A stretch of 62,591 bases of DNA, filler included, from Nitrospinae bacterium RIFCSPLOWO2_12_FULL_45_22 (GCA_001803565.1; 5 parts of 5 records of this genome joined end to end with filler, not necessarily neighbours in it); one strand, 5' to 3'. Shown: positions 40,328 to 51,444, counted from the first letter of the whole stretch. Made by a program: numbers and translations. Notes: generated by a model not told the origin, from the letters alone.

Positions 40328-40458
40328 CAGGGGCCCGTAATCCACTAGAACAGTCACTCCAGACTCTATACTCTCTCTCCACTCTAACTCGCTCGTGCAA
40401 GAGAAAGAAAATGAATACCCACAACAAAATCGTCCGCTTTAAATTTTACGAGCCCCTG
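40328..40458. mobile_element. 131-bp MITE/IS remnant
   Basis: CAGGGGCCCGTAA...TTACGAGCCCCTG flanked by ATT on both sides. Confidence 0.6.
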
Positions 40459-40804
40459 ATTCAACTTTTGTTGGGTAGGAAATGTGTATTATCGGCTATA
40501 TAATAGAGCAATTATCGTACCATATCCCCTTTTTTCCCGATATAATTTCTCTCTTAATGATGTTTAGTGGGCCTTTCTAGCCCTCCCTTTTACCTCCTTC
40601 CGGGACAACCCACCGATCCCCTTATATGCAAACAAAGTTATCAGATTAACCCCCATACCGAGAAATCCCTGGATTATTAGCCGCCCCTGTACGCAAACAA
40701 TGTAAGCAGGTAAAATGCTAACTTTGTTTATAGCAGATAAGGTCATTCAAAGAACATATAGAGGGCTATTATAATCAAAAAGAAGCCAAAGACTTTCCTT
40801 AATG

Positions 40805-42214
40805 TCAGTGCAGGTAATAGTCTACTACCTTTTTCAATGCCTTTGCGGCACGGCTGTAGTTGCTAAAAGTCGGGATATTTCCTTGAAGGAACCGTTCCCT
40901 CACTTCTCTCTCAGCTTCTTCATGAAAAGAAGGTGGGAGCATAACTAGAAGAGGTTTGCCTACCGTCTTTTCAAAATCAAAAATAGTGCCATATATCAGG
41001 TTAGCAAAATCAGGGTAGATATCCTGGGCCATCTTAATAAAGAGGGCGGGTATTTCCACTACTACTGTGTCTATCCGCTCCTCACATCCGAGGATTTCTA
41101 AGGCGGGCTTAAATGCCTGGAGCAGATACCAGGGCAGACCCATATCAATAGGATTCTTATAGCTGGACCCCACGGCTTTAAATATTTCTGATAACTGCTG
41201 ATAACTTTTTTCTGTTAATAAAGGGACCTCTAAGCCCACCCTACTAAAGGTGTCAGCCATAGCTACGCACTGGCCACCATTCATAGATATTATACCTATG
41301 CGATAGCCCCTGGGCTGTGGCAGACAAAGGAGCAGCTTGGTAATATCCACTAACTCTTCAATACCATCGGCTTCAATCGCCCCGCTCTGCCGGATAACCG
41401 TCTGCCAGACCTTACTGGACTCAGCAAGAGAGCCGGTATGGGATGAAGTAGCCCGGGCACCGGCCTCAGTCTGTCCCCCTTTCCAGATCACGATAGGCTT
41501 CTTAGGGGTCGTCTCCTGGAGTAACTTAAAAAGCCGGCGGCCATCCTTTATCCCTTCAATATATATCCCAATAATACGGGTTTCTTCATCTTTTGCCAAG
41601 TACTCCAAAAAATCTGGGCTATCATAAAAATAGGCATTACCATAGCTTATGCCCTTGCTGATCTTTATCCCATGTTGATAAGCCAGTCCAGCAAAATCGA
41701 GAAGATTCCGGCCACTCTGAGAAATGAAGCCTACCGGCCCACCTGTTCCATGATACAGCTCCGGTCCATTTCCCAGCCCAATCTTAGGGTTAAAAACTCC
41801 TACGCAATTGGGACCAATAAGGGTAACCCCCAACTCTGGCACTAGTTTCATCAACTCCTCTTGAAGCCTTCGTCCCTCCGGACTCCCTGTCTCGCCATAA
41901 CCAGAAGTAAATAGTGCCACACCACCAACTTTCTTCTTAGCACAGTCCCGGAGAAAGGTTGGGATGACTTCCCGCGGTATAGAGACGAAGGCATAATCTA
42001 CCGGCTCAGGGATATCCAGGATACTAGGATAGTTCTTGATTCCCAGAGCTTCTATCCCGACGGCCTCTTTGGGATCAATGTTGACCGAATAGACTTTGCC
42101 CTGGAAAGTCTTTACCCCTTGGAGCCACATATAGTTGTTATTTAACAACTTATCCCCTACTACTGCTACTGTCTTAGGGTTAAAGATCCGGTCTAATATT
42201 TTTAGTTTATCCAT
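40805..42214 (-). CDS. Acyl-CoA synthetase (NDP-forming) alpha-subunit-like CoA-binding protein
   Basis: IGPNCVG, ISQSG, SHTGSLA and NPID motifs. Confidence 0.88.
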   Translation of the reverse strand: MDKLKILDRIFNPKTVAVVGDKLLNNNYMWLQGVKTFQGKVYSVNIDPKEAVGIEALGIKNYPSILDIPEPVDYAFVSIPREVIPTFLRDCAKKKVGGVALFTSGYGETGSPEGRRLQEELMKLVPELGVTLIGPNCVGVFNPKIGLGNGPELYHGTGGPVGFISQSGRNLLDFAGLAYQHGIKISKGISYGNAYFYDSPDFLEYLAKDEETRIIGIYIEGIKDGRRLFKLLQETTPKKPIVIWKGGQTEAGARATSSHTGSLAESSKVWQTVIRQSGAIEADGIEELVDITKLLLCLPQPRGYRIGIISMNGGQCVAMADTFSRVGLEVPLLTEKSYQQLSEIFKAVGSSYKNPIDMGLPWYLLQAFKPALEILGCEERIDTVVVEIPALFIKMAQDIYPDFANLIYGTIFDFEKTVGKPLLVMLPPSFHEEAEREVRERFLQGNIPTFSNYSRAAKALKKVVDYYLH

Positions 42215-42404
42215 CAGCTTTCCTTCATAAGTAAGTTAGAGAGAGGGTCAAGAAACCCGATCCTGCTCCACTGTTTAGCCGAAAAATTAGGATTTTAGCT
42301 ACAGATGAACCCGGATATTTTTACCGCAGAGGGCAGAGACCGCGGAACAGGAATGAGAAAAACATGAAGATATGGAGCAAATGGCTACCGAGCTTTTAAG
42401 AGTT

Positions 42405-43441
42405 TCACTCCTTGGTTAAGGACCTATGTTTAAAATACAGTAGTCCTGCGGCCAAGAATATCCACGCAATAAAGAATGCCAGGGCCCTCTTGCGTATCCT
42501 TAGATCGTTCCTTACCTGCTCTGCCACCTGGCTTATCCCTTCTATCTTAACAATAGCTGACTGGGTCAAGTCCCCAACCGTTTTAGGGTTCAAGGTATGG
42601 ATAAGGGTAGTGGCCTGGACTATGTCATTGTGCGCCTTTTCCAGGTTGGTTGAGAGATCATCAATATTCCTGCCAGCCGATTCCGCCTCCTTAACCCCCT
42701 CTTCCCCTTGTTCAATGGCCTTCAGGGCCGTAGCTAATGCCTTTTTTATCTCCTGTCCTTTACCATAAGAGCGGGCATCATCCTCTGAGTGGCACATGCC
42801 ACAATGGCCTTCTTCGGAGCCATCAAACATAGCTAGAGAGGGGAATATTATCTTATGATTACTATGACAATCCACGCAGCGAGGGGCTCCGGCCTCTTCT
42901 AAGGCTATATAGTGGGGCCCTTCCTTAAAGGCATTAGCAGTAACTGAGTGGCAGTTGCCACATACGTTAGGGACCTCACTTACCCCCGGGGGTGTTGCTC
43001 CATGGATCCCGTGGCAGGTGGCACAATTGGGCGCCAGGGCAGGGTTTTTGTCCGGAATTTTACCATATAGAATCTGGCCATGATAGCTCTCTTTATAGAG
43101 GGCCAATTGATTAGTGGGGATATTATAAGGTTGCATCCTGGCTTGGTTCGAATGGCATCTACCGCAGGTCTCTGGGACGTTGGTGTGATATACCGTCGCT
43201 AAAGGGTCGCTCTTGCGCCTGATCTCATGAGTACTATGGCAGCTAACACAGGTAGCTACCCGGGTATCACCCTTCTCTATCAACAACCTACCATGGACAC
43301 TGGTTAAGTATTCGGCATATTGATCAGTCCTGATATTATATTGCCTCATCTTCTTGATATCGGCATGACATTTGGCACACAAAGCCGGAATATCTTCTAT
43401 CCTGGATTTACCAATATAGCCCGCGGCCTTAGCTTTGGCTT
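42405..43441 (-). CDS. Multiheme cytochrome c with C-terminal membrane anchor (5' end cut by gap)
   Basis: Seven CxxCH motifs visible; frame open to the gap. Confidence 0.9.
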
Positions 43442-43541
43442 NNNNNNNNNNNNNNNNNNNNNNNNNNNNNNNNNNNNNNNNNNNNTTAATTAATTAANNN
43501 NNNNNNNNNNNNNNNNNNNNNNNNNNNNNNNNNNNNNNNNN
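43442..43541. other. Artificial contig linker
   Basis: N run with TTAATTAATTAA. Confidence 0.97.
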
Positions 43542-43929
43542 AGTTTCCCTAAATCATCAAATAAGGAATATACTACCGGGATCACTACCAGGGTAAGGAA
43601 AGTAGAGGTCGCCAGCCCGCCCATAATAACAATAGCCATAGGGGAGCGCATCTCTGCCCCTTCTCCAGCCGAGAGGGCAAATTGAACTCTGACCGGTCCG
43701 GGGTAGTAACGAACTCTACCCCGACAATCCCGGCCAATTTAAGGCTCAGGAAGAATATGACCACCGTCCCCAGTACTACCGTCTTTGTCTGCTTTGCCTG
43801 ATCGCCATCCTCAGTCGTCCTGGCCTGACCCTTTTCTCCACCACATCCGATAAGCAAGGCAGAGTAGAGAAAAACTGCTATCCCAAGTAACCCTGGTACT
43901 CTAATAAACCCATTCCCTCTCTTCTTCAT
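43542..43929 (-). pseudogene. Collapsed RND efflux operon remnant (adaptor lipoprotein start plus AcrB-family fragments)
   Basis: LLIGC lipobox, then VVIFFLS...GVEFVTTPDRSEF, then in another frame GEGAEMRSPMAIVIMGGLATSTFLTLVVIPVVYSLFD. Confidence 0.7.
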
Positions 43930-44237
43930 AGGTAATACCTCGTCTATAGCTCACTGCCAATAAGGAAAGATGGGATACAGAGGTGATGTGATTCCTAGGA
44001 ATAATATGAAGGCATGGGAAAGAAACTTTGCACACCTAAACACTTTAACCTCCGCTCCCATCTACCACCCGCTATACTAGAGCTTCAACAACCGCTTTCT
44101 AACCCCAACCCAAAGAATGTAGTGAAGGTGTTATTGATGAAGAGGGCATGTGGTTTTACCTGATGCCCAGCAAAAATATCTACCGCTTAATATAACTTAT
44201 ACGATCGGGAAAAATCAATCCATTGGTTGACTACCCC

Positions 44238-44355
44238 AGGGCCACGTCAAAGTCATCTTAGAAGTCGATTGGGTAACTCAAGGCTTTAGCCTTGACAGAT
44301 CAACCCTGAAGGGTTGAGTTACAGGGGCTGCTCAGGATCACTTTGACGTTACCGT
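44238..44355. mobile_element. 118-bp MITE-like element with 12-bp flanking direct repeats
   Basis: GTTGACTACCCC at 44226 and 44356; imperfect TIR core ACGTCAAAGT / ACTTTGACGT; internal REP-like hairpins. Confidence 0.6.
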
Positions 44356-44595
44356 GTTGACTACCCCTAAATTACTCGAACCAAGTATCATCCGCGTTAA
44401 GCCTTCACCACAGAGGCAGCAGAGCGCGCAAAGTTCTCTGCGCTTCTCAGTGTACTCTGTGGTTCATTCTCATCTATAAGACTGCAATTGCTTTTGTAAG
44501 TAAAGGAGAAATGGGGATGAGGGAGAAAGGAATAATTTAGGTTGGGATAAGGCGGGAGGTGTTGGGAGTGCCCCCCGCCATAATACTACTGATCA

Positions 44596-44886
44596 TTATT
44601 CTATGATCTGGGCCTTAAAATGGCCAGATGCTTCTACCGCCTTTATCAGGTCCTCGGTCTTAACCCCTTCTCCGGCTACTACCACAGCCTTCCCATCCTT
44701 CAGGCTTACTTCAGCCGATTTTACCCCCTCTACCCCTTTAAGGGCTTTGCTCACGGCTGGGGGACACATATCACAATTCATACCGTCTACCTTGACCTGG
44801 ATAGTTTGGTCTACTGACCAGACCGGGGTAGAGAGACCAGCCAGGATAAAGGCAGATATTACAACCATACTTATTAATTTCCTCAT
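44596..44886 (-). CDS. Periplasmic heavy-metal-binding (HMA/MerP-like) protein
   Basis: Signal peptide; VDGMNCDMCP; GGAGG RBS. Confidence 0.85.
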   Translation of the reverse strand: MRKLISMVVISAFILAGLSTPVWSVDQTIQVKVDGMNCDMCPPAVSKALKGVEGVKSAEVSLKDGKAVVVAGEGVKTEDLIKAVEASGHFKAQIIE

Positions 44887-44995
44887 TTTCCTTTCACCTC
44901 CTTTCTCCTTGCAAAATAGCCTCAGGATTGTCTTCTCCCTGAAGTCCCTAAAAGACCTTATGCCCGCATTTTTTGCCGGCACCAAATGGACGCTG

Positions 44996-45334
44996 TTAAC
45001 TGACTATCCTTGATAGGACCATAGGGTAGAAAACCGCTACTAAAAAGATAGACAGGCATAACCAGAAGAAAACTTTATTGATCCTGCCTGATGAAATGCC
45101 CTTATACACACAATCAAAAGCCGGTTTATTCAAGTAGATGTGATAAAAGGCATATCCCAGAAAGAGAAAAGCCACTAGTATAAATAGGGGCCGAAACCTC
45201 TCCAGGGAGGTAAAGAAATTTAAACCCCCTATGGAAATCCCAAAAAGGACAAACATGGTAGGTCCTAAGCAGCAAGAACCTACAAAAAATGAGGAGACCA
45301 GAGCCCCTATGTTCCCCATGGTTACCCTGTTCAT
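44996..45334 (-). CDS. MerT-like heavy-metal transporter
   Basis: SCCLGP in the first TM helix, RPLF motif, three TM helices. Confidence 0.8.
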   Translation of the reverse strand: MNRVTMGNIGALVSSFFVGSCCLGPTMFVLFGISIGGLNFFTSLERFRPLFILVAFLFLGYAFYHIYLNKPAFDCVYKGISSGRINKVFFWLCLSIFLVAVFYPMVLSRIVS

Positions 45335-45652
45335 CCTTTTCTCCCTTTCTTTATCTCCATTATCTTACCTATTCCCCTCATCACCTCTTGCTTACACTTT
45401 TTTATAGGTCAAAAGTGTTAAAGGGTCATATGGTTCTTGCCTTCTACTATATTATTTTACATATTAATAAACAATTTACCTCAAAAAATATTCCCTTAGT
45501 GGAATCGTTCCGCCATCGCCACCAGGATAGCGAAAGGGAATTTAACTATTCACCGCTCTTCTGCGTGCTCTGTGTTCTCTGCGGTAAAAAATATACGGTT
45601 GCCTAGTTGTCGGAGGATAACGAGAGGATAACAAAGGGCCTCAGGTAAACAG

Positions 45653-46720
45653 CTACAGGGATCCCAGGCGGTGTAAGGCTTCTATTTTTTCCCCCCGGCC
45701 AATTTTTGCCTGGGTTACGACCTTCCTTAGAAACTCAATCGAGCGGTCATAGTTCTTTCGGTCTATGGGATAAGGGTGACTGTCTTTGCCTCCATGGGCA
45801 AAGCTGAAGCGGGCAGGGTCAGTGTAATTGGGCTTAATGCCATAGACCAACTCTGATATCAAACTAAGGGCTCGAATAGCCTTGGGGCCCACCCCGGGCA
45901 TGCCCAGGAGTTTCTCAAAGTCTTCCGGTTGGTTTTCGTAGGTGGAGCAAAAAATCTTGTAGAGCCTCTCTGGGTGCAAGTCCTGTACCAAGATATGGTG
46001 TCGGCCAGGTAGGTCCAACTGCTGCATCTTCTTTATCTCCCTGACCAATATCTCTGGCCTTTCATGCGAGACTAAGGTGGTAGTATTCCGGGCATCAGCA
46101 CTATCACTAGCCACCAGATTCAAAACCAGCCTGGCTTTTGAGTCACAGCAGATAGCTGCTTCTGGCTCATTAACAAAATCAGTCACTTTTTCCCCCAGCC
46201 AATGATACCGGCGGGCATAACAGTTTGTTTCATTCATGCCTTGCTGGATAACAGCCCATTTCCCTTCCCTGGTAAAAAAGAAGCTATGATGGTATAATTG
46301 GTAACCATCCTGGAGGGCATTATTATCTACTTTGGCCGCCATCCGGCTAGCAAATTGTAAGCTAGCTGGCTCAATCAGCAAGTAGTTACCAACCTTTTCT
46401 ATCTCATGGGGTGTGTGGCGAGAGATACCCCCTTTCCCGCCAGCTACAAAGAGTCCCAGCTCCCTTTCTAGCCCCTTTAACCCTTCTTTTATCGCTCCAC
46501 AGGTTGTCGTTGTCAGCCCACTAGAATGCCAATCAAATCCCAACACACACCCCAGGGCCTGGAACCAAAAAGGGTCAGAGAGTTTAATCAAGAATTCCTC
46601 TGGGCCCTGTTCCAATACAATGAGGTAGATAATCTCCCGCGCTAGCTTCCTCATCCGCTGGAAGAGCCAGGGTGGGGCCTGCCCATAATGGAGTGGCAGA
46701 TACGCTTCCCCTACTTTCAT
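45653..46720 (-). CDS. DUF763 family protein
   Basis: LPLHYG, GFDWHSSGLTT, AKVD, QQGMN and FAHGGKD motifs. Confidence 0.88.
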   Translation of the reverse strand: MKVGEAYLPLHYGQAPPWLFQRMRKLAREIIYLIVLEQGPEEFLIKLSDPFWFQALGCVLGFDWHSSGLTTTTCGAIKEGLKGLERELGLFVAGGKGGISRHTPHEIEKVGNYLLIEPASLQFASRMAAKVDNNALQDGYQLYHHSFFFTREGKWAVIQQGMNETNCYARRYHWLGEKVTDFVNEPEAAICCDSKARLVLNLVASDSADARNTTTLVSHERPEILVREIKKMQQLDLPGRHHILVQDLHPERLYKIFCSTYENQPEDFEKLLGMPGVGPKAIRALSLISELVYGIKPNYTDPARFSFAHGGKDSHPYPIDRKNYDRSIEFLRKVVTQAKIGRGEKIEALHRLGSL

Positions 46721-46754
46721 AATCTTTATGCCTTTAACCTTTCATTTTGCAACG

Positions 46755-46924
46755 CCTAAGTGCTTCATTTCATAAATACAGTTACGTATTATGCCTATTT
46801 TTTGCCTTCTTTTTTATTAGGAAACCAAGAAGCCAGGAAATTAACCTCTCCTGTATTCCTGGTTTCCTTATCATAAGCACTTTCTCTCAAATACGTCACC
46901 GTAATTATGGATTAGAGCACTAAG
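46755..46924 (+). mobile_element. About 170-bp MITE, copy 1
   Basis: Near-identical to 51445-51613; imperfect TIRs of about 35 bp. Confidence 0.8.
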
Positions 46925-47125
46925 GGTCGGGTGGCACTTGAATTATAATAGTTTAATAACATTTTAGGCAAGTGGAGTTGCGCAGAAAACCAACCTACCC
47001 AATTTCTAGTGTTCCCCAAAAATTTTATGTTTTATTAGGGATAATTGTGAGAGGAGAGGTGGTTTTCATGGACAGGAAAAAGGGAAATGAACCGTTTAGG
47101 GGAAATGAAGGATGCTGTTCTCGGA

Positions 47126-48175
47126 TTAGGCAACACAGGTTTTATTCCTGCCAGAGGATTTAGCCCGATATAAGGCTTGATCTGCCTTGATTACCAGCGC
47201 TTCCTTATTATGAGCATCTACCGGATAAGTAGCTATACCAACACTTATAGTAATCCTTGACTTAGGCATAGTGCCTCTCCCACTGAATCTTGTCTTTTCT
47301 ACTGCCTCTGACAGTCTCTTCCCTAATAAGACGGCTTCTGCCTTACTGGTTTCAGGGGCAATAACGCTGAATTCTTCCCCCCCATACCGGGCAATTAGGT
47401 CATAAAAGCGGCAAGAGCCTTTTAAAAGGCCAGTCAATTCTTTCAATAATGCGTCTCCGGCAGGATGGCCATAAGTATCATTGTATTGCTTGAAGTGATC
47501 AATATCTAACATGAGTAGAGATACACTATGCCCATGTCTTTCCGCCCGGGCCACTTCTGCCTCTAATAAATTGTGTAGGGCCTGATGGTTAAAGAGTCCT
47601 GTCATACTGTCTAACCTGGATAGTTCCTTATAATATTGGGCTTCTTTAGCTACCCTTTGCACCTCTCTCTTTTCCAGCGTTTTGGCTATTATAATCTTTA
47701 TCAATTCATTATTAAGGGGCTTGGTTAAGTAATCCGCTGCTCCTAATCTCATGGCCTTTACCGCGGTCTCTACCGAGGCATACCCGGTGATAATAATAAC
47801 GTCAATTTCTGGGTCTATTTCTTTGCCCCTCTCAAGTAGTTCCAGACCATCTATCCCGGGCATCTTTATGTCGCTGAGAATCAAATCAAAAGGCATCGTT
47901 TTAACCTTTTCTATGGCTTCTTCGCCATTACAGGCCGTCCATACTCTGTATCCTTCTGCTTCCAATACCTCCCGGAAGAGATCCAGGATAATCTCTTCAT
48001 CGTCTACTACCAATATCCTGGCGGGCAGTCTAGCTAACTCTACCTTATCGTGGGTTCCAAATATATTGGAATAGTTATCGCCTGTAGCTAACATATTAGA
48101 TGCTACAGAAATATTTTCCCGCCCGGTTGTGACCTCTCGGGTCCCCAATTTTTTCATTTTATCTCTCTCGTCCAT
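47126..48175 (-). CDS. Response-regulator diguanylate cyclase
   Basis: REC domain plus RYGGEEF. Confidence 0.92.
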   Translation of the reverse strand: MDERDKMKKLGTREVTTGRENISVASNMLATGDNYSNIFGTHDKVELARLPARILVVDDEEIILDLFREVLEAEGYRVWTACNGEEAIEKVKTMPFDLILSDIKMPGIDGLELLERGKEIDPEIDVIIITGYASVETAVKAMRLGAADYLTKPLNNELIKIIIAKTLEKREVQRVAKEAQYYKELSRLDSMTGLFNHQALHNLLEAEVARAERHGHSVSLLMLDIDHFKQYNDTYGHPAGDALLKELTGLLKGSCRFYDLIARYGGEEFSVIAPETSKAEAVLLGKRLSEAVEKTRFSGRGTMPKSRITISVGIATYPVDAHNKEALVIKADQALYRAKSSGRNKTCVA

Positions 48176-48327
48176 TAAGATAAAGAAAAATTAGCTAAGA
48201 CTTTGCCTCAGCCCAATGCTCTTTTCTTTAGCAGAAAGGTTGAGATAATGGCACTCTAAAGCAACTTCGACAAGTTTCCTCTGTCGTTTCTATAACTTAT
48301 CGGAAGAAATTAGTAAATAATCAAATG

Positions 48328-49887
48328 TTAGGAGACCCTACTCTCCTGGTCTCGCCAGTATTGCTCTCGTAAGACCCTCTTTAGTATCTTACCCGAGGGA
48401 TTGCGGGGTAATTCAGCCACAAAGTCTACTGACTTAGGCTTCTTATAGCTGGCCAGTCTATCTTTGCAATGGTCCATAATCTCTTGTTCGGTACAGGTCT
48501 CGCCATCCTTTAGGACCACTATGGCCTTCAACGACTCACCCCATTTCTCATCCGGTACCCCGATTACAGCACAGTCCACTACCTTCGGATGGGCCATAAT
48601 TACGTTATCTATTTCTACCGGATAGATATTGACACCCCCACTGATAACCATATCAGACTTCCGGTCTACTACATAATAATACCCTTCTTCATCCATCCTC
48701 AGCACATCACCCACGGTAAACCATTTACCACGAGAGTTATCGTCGGTAGCCCTGGGGTTTTTATAGTAGCCATCCAGCATACATGGCCCGGTAGCATATA
48801 GTATCCCCGGCTCACCATGGGGTGCTGGTTTGCCTTCCTCATCCAGGAGGGTCATCTCATAGCCAAAGATAGGCTGGCCCACACATCGGAGCTTACGGCG
48901 CTGGTCTCTATGTTTCAAATTGGTACAGATACCGGTCTCGGTAGCTCCATAGACCTCGCTAAGATTGGCATTCTTGAAATAGTCTAATATCCATTCCTTG
49001 GTCTTGGTATGCAGTGGGGCGGCTCCAGAGGTAAGCACCCGCATAGAGCTGACATCATAGCTGTCTAACTCTTTCTTAGGCAGTTGCATCATCATATTAT
49101 ACATAGTAGGGACGAAAAAGGCGGTAGTAATCTTTTCCTCCCCGATAGTCCTCAGGGTATCGGCAGCATCAAACTTCTCCCGGATAAGGACTGTCGCGCC
49201 TATATATAGATGCATATGGTTAAAGAAGCAGGGGCCACCATGGTAAAGGGGCCCTACGCTAATAATCTTGTCCTCTTCGGTAAAGCCAAATTCTATACAG
49301 GAGTACATGTAGAGTAAAGTATTTGCCCGGTGGCTGCGGACCGCTCCCTTGGGGAATCCGGTAGTGCCTGAGGTATACATAATCAGATTATGATCAGCCT
49401 CTTTCAATTCTACTTCCGGTTCAGCGGTGGAAGAGCGGGCCAGTAGCTCTTCATAGGGGATCATGTTAGGGCATTTCTCATTTCCTAACAGGATATAATG
49501 CTTTACTTGCTCAAATTGCTTCATAACCGGCTCTACCCTCTCCAGGAACTCAACACTGGTGATCAGGGCCTTCGATTCAGAGTTGTTGACAATATATTGT
49601 ATTTCATCTGCTTTCAGGTTGTAGTTGATGGGTACGGCTACAAAGCCGGTCTTGTGGATAGCAAAGTAGGCATCCATATACTCCGGCTTATTAGACAGGA
49701 GGATCGAGACCTTATCACCTTTTTTGAGCCCTAAGCCCATCAAGCCGTTAGCCAGGCGGTTGACGCGTTCATTATACTCCCCATAGGTCATCCGCTTATC
49801 TTCAAAGATTATGGCCTCTTTGGTCGGATATTTTTGGGCATGTTGTCGCAAAGTATCGCCTACCAATAAAGTGTCCTTCAATAGCAT
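48328..49887 (-). CDS. Long-chain acyl-CoA ligase (AMP-binding)
   Basis: YTSGTTGFPKG, YGATE and LPRNPSGK motifs. Confidence 0.92.
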   Translation of the reverse strand: MLLKDTLLVGDTLRQHAQKYPTKEAIIFEDKRMTYGEYNERVNRLANGLMGLGLKKGDKVSILLSNKPEYMDAYFAIHKTGFVAVPINYNLKADEIQYIVNNSESKALITSVEFLERVEPVMKQFEQVKHYILLGNEKCPNMIPYEELLARSSTAEPEVELKEADHNLIMYTSGTTGFPKGAVRSHRANTLLYMYSCIEFGFTEEDKIISVGPLYHGGPCFFNHMHLYIGATVLIREKFDAADTLRTIGEEKITTAFFVPTMYNMMMQLPKKELDSYDVSSMRVLTSGAAPLHTKTKEWILDYFKNANLSEVYGATETGICTNLKHRDQRRKLRCVGQPIFGYEMTLLDEEGKPAPHGEPGILYATGPCMLDGYYKNPRATDDNSRGKWFTVGDVLRMDEEGYYYVVDRKSDMVISGGVNIYPVEIDNVIMAHPKVVDCAVIGVPDEKWGESLKAIVVLKDGETCTEQEIMDHCKDRLASYKKPKSVDFVAELPRNPSGKILKRVLREQYWRDQESRVS

Positions 49888-50005
49888 ATCGTTACCCTCC
49901 CCTCAGCCTAGCTTCTATAGGTTGATATTGTTTAAAGTTAAGATTTTTCTGATAGTGCCATAAACCTCCTTATTTGTCAAAAAAAATTTTGCTAAAAAAA
50001 ACAAG

Positions 50006-51400
50006 CTAGCTTACTTTATTGATCAACCATTCTTTTACTACCTTAGTAGCTAAGCAATCATCCCGGTTGTACTCGATGGCCCAATCCAGGTACTGTTGTT
50101 GGGCGGTTTCTAGCCAGAGGGAATACCAGAGCATAGACTGATGGGCATTGGCCTTATGATTACTCCAACTGAATCCTAACCATTTAGCAATCTCTTTTAA
50201 AGAATAGCTCCGGGTAGGTATAACCAGGTGATCTTTTATGAACTTATGGATATCGGCCATATTGCCCAATATGTGCTGGAGCAAATCTTCTTCACCACCA
50301 TATTTCACCTGGAGCTTTTTCAAGACCATAGGTTCATAGGTATGGTAGTGATAAACAATAAAATCATCCTCCCACTGGGCCATAAATGCAAGAAACTCCT
50401 GCCAGATACGGCATTCTTCTATAGGGTCTTTGGCCACAAAGCAACGATACTCTTCCTGACCATCTTGACATACTAAAACCCCGATGAGATAGATTATCCC
50501 CCGCTGGTATTCACTCTCTATATCCAGGAAAATCTCCACCTTTTTCTCAGGCAGGAAAAAGCGTTTCATTTGGATAGTCTGACTGCTGGCCAGGGCTTGG
50601 GCCTGGAGTTTTATGCGTTTAGATAGACCCCGTGAGCCTTGCTGGAACCATCTTAAGGCCCGGGTGGACAAATGGGCCAACTGGCTTATCCGTATAATTC
50701 CTTGATTTTTCAATCTTTCTTTAGCCTGCCTGGAGAGACCTGGTATTAAAGAGATGTCCTCCCGTTCCCAGGCCTCTGCTACACAAGTCCTTTCCCAGGG
50801 GCAGTTCTGACAGGCCGAAGAGATAAAAGGGGATACTTCCTGACCTTGAAAAATAGCTTCTATCTCCTGTAATACCTGCTGAAAATAGGGGTAATTCTCC
50901 CTCACCGGGATTAGCCGCTGCCTTCTATCGGAAAGGATCAATCCCATATGGTCAGGCAACCGCCCTTGAATAATCTCTAATATATGGACATAGAAGATAG
51001 TTTGCAGGAGATATATTTTCCGGCGGGTACGGCCGCTTTTAATCTCTACTGGTCGGTAATGGTAGGTACCGAATAAGGAGTTTCCTGGTACCTTCTCCAG
51101 CAAATCTGGTATCCCAAGAAAGTTGTTGGTAAATAGGACCCCATGTGCTATCCAGTCCACCCCTTGTTGCATAAGGGCCAGAGTCTTCTCCATTCCTTGA
51201 TAATAATTACCTGGCTCATATTGAGGTACACAGCAAGGGATCGTCTTCAATACCTGCTGCTCAAAATAAAGGCTATCTTTCTTGAGCCTTAAGAGAAAAT
51301 CGCTAGGTGAGGTCTTTTGCCTGGAGTCACCATGAAGCTCTAAATATAGCCACCGGGGGCATTTGCTATATTGGAAAAAATTTTCCGCGGTAATTACCAT
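50006..51400 (-). CDS. TM0106 family RecB-like nuclease with RNase H-like domain
   Basis: GIPDLL, PVEIKS, FLDIE, SYSLK and YNRDDC motifs. Confidence 0.85.
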   Translation of the reverse strand: MVITAENFFQYSKCPRWLYLELHGDSRQKTSPSDFLLRLKKDSLYFEQQVLKTIPCCVPQYEPGNYYQGMEKTLALMQQGVDWIAHGVLFTNNFLGIPDLLEKVPGNSLFGTYHYRPVEIKSGRTRRKIYLLQTIFYVHILEIIQGRLPDHMGLILSDRRQRLIPVRENYPYFQQVLQEIEAIFQGQEVSPFISSACQNCPWERTCVAEAWEREDISLIPGLSRQAKERLKNQGIIRISQLAHLSTRALRWFQQGSRGLSKRIKLQAQALASSQTIQMKRFFLPEKKVEIFLDIESEYQRGIIYLIGVLVCQDGQEEYRCFVAKDPIEECRIWQEFLAFMAQWEDDFIVYHYHTYEPMVLKKLQVKYGGEEDLLQHILGNMADIHKFIKDHLVIPTRSYSLKEIAKWLGFSWSNHKANAHQSMLWYSLWLETAQQQYLDWAIEYNRDDCLATKVVKEWLINKVS

Positions 51401-51444
51401 GCCACGCTATCCAGTATCGTGCAACTATTCAGCCACCAAGAACG

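Noticed and set aside
44226-44237. Resemblance to IS200/IS605 IscB end (GTCAACTACCCC)
   Set aside because: The sequence is GTTGACTACCCC and no omega-RNA, iscB or tnpB follows
48230-48300. GAAA-capped hairpin upstream of the diguanylate cyclase as a c-di-GMP riboswitch
   Set aside because: Conserved class I and class II riboswitch motifs could not be found
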